A stretch of DNA of 64,000 nucleotides from Geosiphon pyriformis uo1 (taxonomy: Eukaryota; Fungi; Glomeromycota): positions 585,824-649,823 of the forward strand of contig JAAOMT010000479.1 of assembly GCA_016748015.1 (NCBI GenBank), written 5' to 3'. A program made the translations under genes and the position numbers. Shown one piece after another: positions 30,149 to 40,470 of the stretch. The notes under the pieces are model-generated. The model was not told where the DNA came from. It did no database searches and saw only the letters and a list, made by a program, of their open reading frames with translations. Each line of letters starts with the position of its first letter. The stretch's first letter is position 1.

Positions 30149-31341
30149 TCACGTATTAAAAATCACGACCGTAAATTTTTCTTTCAACGGATTTAAGCCT
30201 GTTTTTTGAGTAAAGATCTTTACTTCAGTTTGAAACATAGGCGGCGCACTTACCTTGGCTTTGAGCGAGACCTGAGATTCAGTGGGTCTACTTACCTTGG
30301 ATTTCGAATCAGAAAAGTCAGAGGTAAAGGACTTACCTGGAGTGCTTACCTTGGTTTTCAAAATCAAATGACTTTGTTAAGGCTGAAGATTTCACTCGCA
30401 CTAAAACTTTGTTGATTTTATCTATTTCAACTTTTCAGAATAGCTTAAGGATTCTCTCCGCTCTAAAGGCCTTAATTCACAAGAAAACTGGGTAAATATT
30501 GTAGCATTTCCTTATATATTTGGGTTCTTATTGTTTTATCTTTAGCCTTAGTTTCGGCTATAATATCACTTATTTTGCTTCGATTTCAAGAGTAATAGCA
30601 ATATAAACCTCTTGTTAACTTGTCTTAGTTCCTCTATCAAGCAAACGAGCCAAAGTTGGGACAAATTCCGAAAATGGGGACTCTGAAATTTTCTTATCAC
30701 AATTTTCAGACAGAGTCGGCCTCGCTGGTGTCTTTTTCATTGGTGAATCTAAACACCAATTTAGAAACATCCTGGTACTGTAATTCTCGTATCAAACCTT
30801 GTCTTATATTTCGTTTCTTTTCAAGTTCAATATACTCATCAGACTCGTCTTGCATTAAATCAAAAGATTTTGATAAGATTTTTTTTCTGATCGTTCGGTC
30901 TAAAAACGGTTTTTGTATCATGCGATATTAGGTCAACATCGACATTAATTGGTTCTGCTAAGGTGTTAATCGCGAAGATAAGTCTTGGGCTTGGCTCATA
31001 TCTGATTTACGTAGAAGTTTCTTTGCCTTGTCAGATTTCGAATCCAGGAGTACATCAGACTCTTTCTCTTTAATGATTTAGGCTTGGGTGGACAAGTATT
31101 GGAAGAAATATCATTTTTTTAACTGCTCCTGTTCCAATTTTGTGACTCTGTCTTTAACCTCAGCATTTTCTGTCTGGCATTGCTTCCCATTCTCGGCATT
31201 TTCTTTTGCGGTTTGTTCCAATTCTGCGATTTACTCTTAATTTTGCATACTCGTCTTTTTCTTCTAAAATCTGTCTTAGATTTGCATTCTTGACTAAAAG
31301 CTTAATATTCTCTTGTTTCAATCGGATTGGGTGTTTGTCAT
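30149..31341 (-). pseudogene. Disrupted member of a multicopy coiled-coil protein family typical of Glomeromycotina
   Basis: ATG 31341; MTNTQSD/LKQENIKLLVKNANL..IAELEQTAKENAE..ENAEVKDRVTKLEQ, KKRNIRQGLIREL, DKTIRTQIYKEMLQYLP..RAERILKLF, and (A/S/T)KVS repeats; several frameshifts; no introns. Confidence 0.7.
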
Positions 31342-31473
31342 TGCTTTATATAAGATGGGAAATATTCAAAAGTTCGAGTTTATGAGGATAATAAAATTGT
31401 GATGAAATCTCATGATCGGAATTGCACAAAAAATTTATGTCTAGCAAATTCGAAGAAAAAATTAACTACGACA

Positions 31474-31635
31474 TGTGAATTTTCCGACTGAACCAGATCA
31501 ACCGATTCAGAGTGCCAGGAATTTCAGGAATGCCGGTGATAACTAGGAATGCCAGGACATCTCGTATTACTGGAAAGATGTATATATAGCAGTAGCACTA
31601 GAAGAAGAAAACATAACAGATCTCACCACCTTACA
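31474..31635 (+). mobile_element. Putative short LTR (TG...CA)
   Basis: 162 bp bounded by TGTGA...TTACA (imperfect inverted ends), with internal GCCAGGA/AGGAATGCC repeats and a TATA-like TATATATAG at 31581. No second copy in the window. Confidence 0.35.
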
Positions 31636-31874
31636 ATTAAGTGTTTTACTCTCTACTACTACTATATAATAAAAAGTTTCAACATCACAATTCTTTCTTA
31701 ACATATTTTTGTTTTACATTTAAAACCCTTACGGGACATTAAGAAATATATTTTTAACCACGGCATTTTTACCGCTAGAAAACTTCAAGACCTTCATCTC
31801 CTCATCTAATCTAATTGAATTAGTTTTTGAATTACAGAACATGAAATAATTCAATTTCATTTTTTCAGGGTTAT

Positions 31875-32078
31875 TTGGGTTTTAGATCTTCCTTTAATAC
31901 CATTAATTTATTTGCTGAGCCCACTCGTCAGCATTTTCATAAAATATTAACATTCTTAAATTCTCAGTGGTTGAAAATTCAAAGGGTTGCCGAACAGAAC
32001 ACTTGGGATTTAGAATTTAACAACAAATTTAAACAGTTCTACGAAGATATTTCACAATTAATCATAAAACATGGCTAG
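31875..32078 (+). pseudogene. C-terminal remnant of a viral ORF upstream of the coat-protein gene (function unknown)
   Basis: 67-codon open frame whose TAG overlaps the coat-protein ATG; a further coding-like frame (KPLRDIKKYIFNHGIFTARKLQDL) lies at ~31723-31806. Confidence 0.4.
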
Positions 32079-32642
32079 TTCCGTTCGATCCAACGGACAG
32101 GGCACTTATTTATTCCCATGTATTTTACGATACTACCCCACTTATTATATCTTTATCTGAGCTTCAAAACAATGCATATAATAATAATAATAATAATAAT
32201 AATGTCAAACGCCGTATTCTCGGGGATTTGGCAGGACATGCGAATAAAGCTTTTGTTGTTTGGTTGCGTCGTCGGAAAATTACTGATGGTACAATTATTT
32301 GTGCCTTGGATCCACAACCCAGTCATTTCTTTTCTGACCTGGAAGCCCTGGCTAATGGTAAACAAGCACAGTCATCAGGTGCAAAGTCTTGTGATTCCTC
32401 TGATGCTACAAGTGTCAATAATGATGCCATATTATCTTTTGTTACAACCATACCTGATTTCATTCGGAAGCTTGCTCATGAAGACCGAATTGATATTGCA
32501 TCGCAAAGGTGGCTTCACTTATAAAGACTCTGCCTTCAAAATTATGTATCAAGGGAATGGGGTTGCAACCTTGGAGGCTAATCCTGATTATACTGGTAAT
32601 AATACCGGGATCGCAGCCAACAATGAAACTACAACCCCTTAA
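32071..32642 (+). pseudogene. TMV-like coat protein (CP1), with two frameshifts (just after the ATG and at ~32495)
   Basis: Reconstructed sequence: VPFDPTDRALIYSHVFYDTTPLIISLSELQNNAYN8VKRRILGDL...DATSVNNDAILSFVTTIPDFIRKL...RKGGFTYKDSAFKIMY. By eye this matches the TMV CP blocks [38 protein letters not shown] and GTGSYNRSSFE, in the same order and at a similar length. Confidence 0.7.
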
Positions 32643-33012
32643 TGAATATTATGAAAGAATATCTTATGATAAAGTTTATTCCCCACTTTATCCAACATTA
32701 TCAATACTCACCAACTTTGGCAATTCTAATTACTCTGAGGTCAATAATAAACAGAAATTTATCTCTGACTTCTCAATGATAATTACTGACTATTGTGGGG
32801 CCTCTTGTTCAATGGAATACCTTCCGTTTAAAGGTATTTCAACCTTTAATTTTCCTTTTATGTTAGAATATAAACTTAATATATTTAATTATTTAATACA
32901 TTTTAATGATACCCTAGGACATTATAATAAAATTAATCTTATTCCATCCTATTGAATACTTCTTTTATTTATTATTTTCTCTGCTTTATTTTTCTTTTTC
33001 ACCATTATATAA
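32623..33012 (+). pseudogene. Second, divergent coat-protein paralogue (CP2) followed by a hydrophobic tail
   Basis: YDKVYSPLYPTLSILTNFGNSNYSEVNNKQKFISDF aligns without gaps to the CP1 N-terminal block. After the TGA at 32953-32955 the same frame continues as ILLLFIIFSALFFFFTII. Confidence 0.5.
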
Positions 33013-33196
33013 ACTAGTAGAAAAGTTTTGGATTAAATTTAGGTTTCTTGATTATATGAGTAGTATTTAAACTCATATTCCTTATACCTTCTTTAATTAT
33101 TTTTATTCTATTATTTTATTTTATTTTATTATACCAACTATTACTTCATTCATTCCATTAGGTTTATCTTTAAATTTCTTATTTGTTTTTTTAACA

Positions 33197-33793
33197 ATGT
33201 TCTTACCATATAGGCACTTGTTTTTTCCTTCTTTCTCATTGGTTCGTATATACAATGCTTTTAAATCTGTACTCAAAGAGAACATGATGATATTGAAATT
33301 GCTTTATGTGCATAAATTGAGGCTTTTTGAAGGTAGTATTTATTCACGCTTCTCGGTTGTGATTTATATTATCTCTCAATTAATGCTCTTTTGTGTAATG
33401 AGTTGTATATTCTACTCACCAATTGATATTTTATTTTTTTTCCCCCCTTAGTCTTAGAATTAAAAAATTTATTATCGTAGCTGCTCTTACAGGCTTTATT
33501 ATGAATTTTTACCTCATAATTATATTAATGGCTTACAAAATGTATGTGTTTTTTAGATCCTTATTCTGATAGAAGTTTCTTGATGAGTATGAACCTGTCC
33601 ACAATAGATTCGGAGATGAATCTGGATACTTTTATTTGATCTTTAAAAAGAACAGAGAAATTCTTTCAGTTCCTTACTTGGGACTTTAATTTTTATTCCT
33701 AGAGAAAATTTCTTTACTTTTGAAGAGATCTGGGAGTTTATGACTCGTCCAGAATATAATTTCTCATACGTACATAGAGGCAAATACCTTTAA
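33197..33793 (+). pseudogene. Viral membrane-protein ORF (~200 aa, 2 TM), disrupted
   Basis: MFLPYRHL..FSVVIYIISQLMLFCVMSCIFYS; frameshift at the T/C homopolymers (~33434-33447); then LRIKKFIIVAALTGFIMNFYLIIILMAY..F**KFLDEYEPVHNRFGDESGYFY; last TAA at 33793, just before the 3'UTR and poly(A). Confidence 0.45.
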
Positions 33794-34689
33794 CATTTTG
33801 CTGCCCACATAAAAATAGTGAGGTCCTCTTTTTCGTTTAAAAAAAAAAAAGTATATAAACACTAACAACACGCAATGAGAAGAGAGAAATACAGACAAAA
33901 TGGAAATCAGCAACGACATCCATGCAATCACTCAATTATTATTTCAAACACTACAAGACAGAAATAACTGTTAATAATAAATAAATCCGTTATAAAAACA
34001 CCCAGAAAGATCTAAATTAAAAGAAAAATGTTTTTAGTATTGGCTTTTTTGAATGCTGTAAACAGCTTTTTAAGCATAAATTTTTGAATTTACAGGTTTT
34101 AAGTTAAGTGCTTTAATAATTTTTTGCTAAAATTTGTAAAGATTTTTTTGAATTATAATATTATTTTGGTTAATAATATGTCTAATGTTTTTTATTTTTA
34201 CAATAACATTTTAATATTTAAGTATTTTGGAATTACAAAATCTTTTAAAAATTTTGGAATTTTTTTTGCCAATCAACTTTTAGACAACTATAATATATAT
34301 TTTACTTAATAAAAATTTTTGCTGTTAAAAATATTTAAATTCCAAAAATTTAATTTTTAATTGATTTGTATATATCTCTAATTTAGTTTAAAATATAATT
34401 TTGCTAATAAAAAAGTGTCTATATTTAGTTTTTTATATAAACAAAGTATGTTAATATTTATGATTTTAAAATTGTTTAATTTAATTTAAAAAAGATTTGT
34501 TTAAATAAAATTTTAATATTTACAAATAATTTAACTTAAAAATAAAAATAAAAATAAAAATTTATGGTTTGTTGTTGTCTATATTGGCTAAAATTATAGA
34601 CTATAACTTTGATTTTTAAATGTATACTATTTTAATAAAATTTTTATTTTTTTAAATAATTAGTTGTTAATAGATACTTATAAAACTAA

Positions 34690-34690
<1 letters not shown>

Positions 34691-34756
<66 letters not shown>
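34691..34756. repeat. (TTA)22 microsatellite
   Basis: Directly visible. Confidence 0.95.
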
Positions 34757-34758
<2 letters not shown>

Positions 34759-36379
34759 CTTTAATTTTTATAATTATTTAATAAAAAACATTATATATAC
34801 AATATTGTTTTTAAGAAAAAAAATTTTATAAGATAATTAAAAATTAAAAAATATTCTAATATTTTTAATAATAAACAAATTAATATATTAATAAATAAAA
34901 CTATATTTTTAAGAATTTTATTCTTATTTAATATTAAAAAAAAGTTTTTAATAATAAAGCAATTTTTAATAATACTTAATATTTTAATTCTTTTATGTCT
35001 TTTAAATTTATTAACAAAATTATAACTGGCTTACATATTTATATAATAAAAATATTTTATAAAAAATTGTTAATAATAATTTAAAAACACTCTTATATTA
35101 CAAATTATTTTAATATATTATGTATTAATTATAAAAAAATAAAATTCTTAAATTATAGTTTTGTTTACAATGTAAATTTAGCTGTTTTTAAAAGTTGTTA
35201 AATTAATATTATTTGCTTTAGTGGTTTTTAATTAGTATAAATTTAAATATTTTTTTAATTTTGGTTTTTAAATATTAATAATAATAGTTTATATAATATA
35301 AATAAAAATTTTATATTTAAAAATTAATTTAACAATTTTAAATAATATAAAAACTATAATAATAAGATTAATTAATTTTGTTTATAAAAAAGTAATTAAT
35401 TATAAAAAATATATTTAATTATTTAATTTTATATTTAAAATATCAGATTAAAAATAAATAATTTAACTTTACTTTTTTAATATACTTGTTAAAAAACTTA
35501 ATAATTTTAGTTTTAATTTTATAATTAACAAAATGATAATTTTATTTTTTATTAATTAGTTTAAACAATTAATTACATGTAAAAAAATAAATAAATAATA
35601 TATAATTTAAAATATTTTTTATTATTATTATTGTTTTATGAATGTAATCTAACTACTATTTAAGGATATAAAATCAAACAAAACTTTAAATTAAGTATAG
35701 TTCATGTTTTTTCTATATGTAATCAGCTATTTGAACCAATTAAGATGATATTATATATCTAAATTACTTACTAATAGAACATTTTTCAAAAAACCAAAAT
35801 TTAATCTAAATAAACAGAAGTATAATTCAATATAAATATCTAATCTAATACCAAAATTATAAATCAATTTAGAAAACTACAAAAATATCAAATTGAAAAC
35901 TAAAAAAATATCAAATCTATTACATGGTAAAAAATTATGTTTCTTATAATAAAATTTCAACTTAGTAGTAGCAATTAAATTACAAACCTATTATTTTCAA
36001 CAAAATTATAAACCAATTTGACAACTAATATATTACTATTATATTTAGCACCAGATAATATACTGTGTTAGCCATCCAACTCTTTAATACAAAGTTTTTA
36101 ACCAATAATATATACAAATTAACAGAAAACTTGATCTTATACAAAAACCAAACAATCATGTTTTTCTTAATAGCAGCACTTAATAACTTATTTTGAATAG
36201 ATCATTAGTTAACAGAAAAATTTCCAAATATTTATGAGACTTATTCTTTTTGGTTATTAAAATTCTTGAGCCATTAATAAACAGCACAGTTTTTTTAATT
36301 CCTTAATTAATAAAAATAATAACTGTTTTGTCTGTATTAATTAAAATATTATTAATAAAAAAAAACTCACTTGTAATAT

Positions 36380-38110
36380 TTAAATACATTGTGTTGTTAC
36401 TTTATAGTTTTTAATTCAAATATTGTTATTTACAAAAACACTTACTGCAAAGAAAAAAGTTTTGCTATTGTTAAAATTAACTTTGTTAGTTTTTGTAAAA
36501 AATTTTGAATTTATCCTATATTTACACAAACTTTCATGTCTCTTAACTTTACAAAACAAGTAATCATAAAAGATTTTTTATAACAAAGATAAAATTTTTT
36601 TTTCTTAATTAGACTTATTATAAACTATATACTCATTTAAAAGTCTGAAATCTATTATAATTTGATTAATTCTTCTATTGTAAATATCTTTAAAGAATCT
36701 AATAAAGCATTTACATATCTTAATTTTAATTAAACTATTATGTAAATAATATTATCTAATTAAGTTATATGTTTTGTATATATTCTATAAAATTAGTTAC
36801 AATTTTCTATTTTTTTTAAAGTATTTTCGATTATAAAGCCTATGGCCAAAATTAGAGTTTGTGTTGAAGTACTCTTTAATACTGAAAAATTGTTCCTATA
36901 AAGCATTTTAAATTTGCTGCAAGTAAGAAAAATTTTATTAGAAAGAATTTTGAACAAAATTTTTCTTACTGTTTTGATTAAAATGATAAAACAAGTATTT
37001 TTTAAGACTTCTTTTTATTTATATGACTTAGGTATTATTGAGACCCAAGCATATTTTCACAATATTAGAATCTTTTCTAAAAACAAACAAGAATTCAATA
37101 TATTTAGTAAGTATTTTAGAACATTATTTTTACAATGCTTTCATATTTCATTAGATATACTATTCAGATCAACAGTTTTTTTATTTGGCAACTTTTTAAT
37201 TACTTGAATTAACTCTTTATAATTAATAATATTTATTATTTTAAAAAAAGTTTAATTATTTATATATTTCAAAAAAACATATTAATTTGCTTAGATTTCA
37301 AAAACAGATTCTGAAATTTTCTATTATTTTATTTATTTTGGTCTTAATTTTATTGGGTTTCAGAATCAATTTTTCATTAACCATTAGATAATTCAAAACC
37401 ATTTTGCAAGAAAGTTTTTTCAGAATATTTTTAATCTTTTGGTCCTTATTCAAACAGAAATTTTTCATTTTTTTTTCAATTACAGCATTAATAAATACAG
37501 TTTTAACAGTTTTTAATTTATATAACTTGAATTTGTGATATCTTTTTTTGATCTTTAACAAGCTATAAAAAAATATTATTTAATTTTATACTATTCTGAA
37601 TCAAGCTCTAAAATTCTAAGATTTTTTTACAATTAGTAACTAGCCAGATTTACAAAAAATAATTGGATTATAAATAGTTTCCAGTACTTAGAACTTTAAT
37701 AAACTTAACAACTAATAATTTTAGTCTATGAAATTTTAATAACTGTTTATTAGAAAAACATCTTATTTTATTGTACTATTGCTTAAAGAACACTTTATTT
37801 GCTGAATTTATTATTATGTTCTATAATATTTTCTATATTAAATCCAAATTATTACAACTATCAGCAATAATAAACTTATCTTTTATCAAAGAAAGTAAAA
37901 ATAATAATTAATTCTTAAATTTAGTCTATTTAGAGTTATCTATGTCTTTAATTTTGAATCTTTAATAATTTTTATTAGCCAGTCTTCAAATGATGCTTAT
38001 TTGTTTATTTAACAAGCCATTTAATCTAATTAAAAACAAGACAGCTTTGTAATTTATATCAAAAAACTTAAAAACATTATTTACTATCTGCTTAGCCAAT
38101 AAAAACAAAA
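36380..38110 (-). mobile_element. Highly degraded LINE ORF2 fragment (end of endonuclease to RT)
   Basis: Homologous to the copies at 43-44 kb and 50-51.7 kb (KMVLNYLMVNEKLILKP; AWVSIIPKSY; FSVLKSTSTQ). A remnant of the element's 3' end lies at ~35690-35770. Confidence 0.8.
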
Positions 38111-38745
38111 AATATTTATTTATTATATTATATTAAATAATAATTAAATTACACTTATTAAAATAAAATAAAATAAAAATTAATAATTTAAATATAAATA
38201 TAAACTAATTTGTAATTTAAAAAAGTAATATTACAAAAAAACAACTTTTTATTTTTTATTTTATTTTATTAATAAATATTTAAGTTTTTTCTATATTATT
38301 TTAATAATTTTGTAAATTATTACATTAAATCAATTTATTTTTTTATTACTTAACAAACTTAATTATTAGTTTATTAAACTTTAATTAATTCTGAATTTTT
38401 AAGAATCTTACAAAGTAATTACTTTCTTTGTTATTATATAAATAAAAATTAACAATTATAATATTGGGTACTTAAATTATTATTTAATAAGATTATAACA
38501 TTTTAATTTTGGAAATAAAAATTAGAATTACTAATTTATCAAAAATATTTTATTGCTTTAAATTGGGTAGTTTTTTTATTAAATACAAAAATAGAATTTG
38601 AAATTGAAGATACAATATGGGATTACTCCTGTCAACTTACACGTGATAATGATCTAATCCGACATCTGCCGATCTAATCCCGTAACCGCAATATACCATT
38701 ATGACAATTTAAACAACACATCTTAGATGTTTTCTGCATTAATCA

Positions 38746-39872
38746 ATGTCTTCGCGTTCAAGATTTAAATCTTCACCTCCTCACAATTCCTCGAGTGGGT
38801 TAAAAAGCTCAACGACTCATTTTCCTTTCAAAATCCTCCCACATTTTACTATTATTGTTTCTCAAATCTACCTATCAACCATCGCTCTCTTTTATCTTCC
38901 ATCTAAAAAACTCCTCGAAGATCCTGTAAAAGCCCTTAACTCAACTGTGATAATATTAGCCCTGATACAACTATTAGTTGAGGCAGCTCGATGGACCTTA
39001 TTATTAGATGGTGGTCGTAGATTTGATGGCGCTAGCAGTGAGGAAAATGTCAATACAAAGCATTCCTTTAGTCTTGATGCTAAATTCAAATTTATGTTAC
39101 AGAAGCGACAAGGGGTAATTAATATAAGTTTGAAAGTCCTCTATCATCATTATTTGTCTCTCCATTTTCCTTTCATATCTGGCTTGATATGTATTTAGCA
39201 TTTTATGATCGCAATTGGATTAACTCTCTTTGGTAGCTTCATGATTTATATCATTGCCGTTCTCTTTGGTGCACCATTACTAGAGTAAGTTTTTTTCTCA
39301 TACTGAAGATTATTTAAATTGTAATTATACTGAAATATTTTCTCTTCTCAAGTAAAATCCAAAACACCCTGTTATTCTCAATATACGTTTCATTGTTGGC
39401 TATATTTCCGGCAGCATGCGCTTTAAGAAATAATGGGCCTGCGTGGGCAAGGATATTTTCAGATAGGAGGTGCCAGATATTTCATAAAATCAAGTTGTTT
39501 CTAAACGAAAAATAGTTAACCATCTTATTATTCCTCGATATATTTTTTGATTCAGTCCTGAAACCATTCCTGAAAAATTGATTTATTACCCAACTGTTGG
39601 AACCGTGGTGGGAGCATGGCTAGGTGCCACTGTTATACCTCTGGATTGGGACCGGCCTTGGCAGGTATGTTGCTAATCCATGACTACTTTTTCTGGGTTG
39701 CAATTTTTCGCAATAACATTTCTAATATTTATGCCTCTTATCAATTCTTAAGGTTTGGCCGGTATCATGTGTAGTTGGTGCCTTTTTAGGACATGCAATT
39801 GGAAGTTTGATTGCCTTGATAGCTTGCTACTTTAACGAGGAAAGCGCCGCACAAAAGAAAAGAATAAATTGA
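38746..39872 (+). CDS. GPI11: GPI ethanolamine-phosphate transferase accessory subunit PIG-F / Gpi11, 5 exons
   Basis: [11 protein letters not shown] and [23 protein letters not shown]|[13 protein letters not shown] hallmark motifs; TGA at 39870-39872. Confidence 0.93.
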
Positions 39873-40470
39873 AGCTACATCAATCGTATACTCGCTACAC
39901 CATATTCTTTTATCTCTGAATCACATTCCAAAGCTGTGTATTCAAAATGTTCACACTTAGTATATAAGTTTAGCTCAAACCAAATTAACACTGCTAAAAA
40001 CTGGTGTCTTATTGAGAGCATTCTTTAACACCTCCCTAAATTTAAAGCAAATTATAGCACATTTGGCTTAAGCATAAGAATTTGAACTATAATTAATGAT
40101 ACAAGTTTTTTCAAAAAAAAGACCACAAAATTTGAAATATTATGAGCAGTTGTGCCCATTGGCAAAATATAAAGTAGTACTCAATGCATATATTTTTTTT
40201 TATGATTTTTTGTTTACATTAGTTTTTGCAACACAAACAGAATTTATTCCAATAAATATTGACTATATAGATTAACATAACTTAATTTAACATATTTTAT
40301 TATAGTTTTTGTTAAAGGCCAATTAATTACAACTTAATAATATTACTTAAACTGAATTTTGAAAAAGCTGATTTTACAGTCAATTTAAAAATATTAACAG
40401 AGATTTTTTTAATAAAATATTAATTTTTTGTACAAAAAATTATAATTGTTATTAATAATAATATATAAAA

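Larger units (their letters stand above)
31676..33850 (+). other. Endogenous viral element: 3' portion of a polyadenylated virga/tobamo-like (+)RNA virus
   Basis: Intronless, co-oriented ORFs with overlapping stop/start junctions (ATGGCTAG at 32071-32078; ATG 32623 upstream of TAA 32642), TMV-coat-like motifs and a terminal A12 at 33839-33850. Left boundary is approximate. Confidence 0.7.

Noticed and set aside
30245-30360. Four CTTACCT motifs (AGGTAAG splice-donor-like on the minus strand)
   Set aside because: Explained by the coding (A/S/T)KVS-type peptide repeats of the pseudogene.
31583-31668. 13-bp imperfect inverted repeat (TATATAGCAGTAG / CTACTACTATATA) as MITE ends
   Set aside because: Low complexity, no TSD, and it overlaps the LTR-like segment.
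32118-32490. N-terminal part of the 174-aa ORF (poly-Ile, hydrophobic)
   Set aside because: It is the shadow frame of CP1; only its last ~50 codons appear to be the real CP C-terminus.
32900-33800. TGA=Trp (Mollicutes endosymbiont or mitochondrial origin) for the insert
   Set aside because: In-frame TAA/TAG stops and frameshifts also occur, so mutational decay is the simpler explanation; poly(A) and CP motifs favour an RNA virus.
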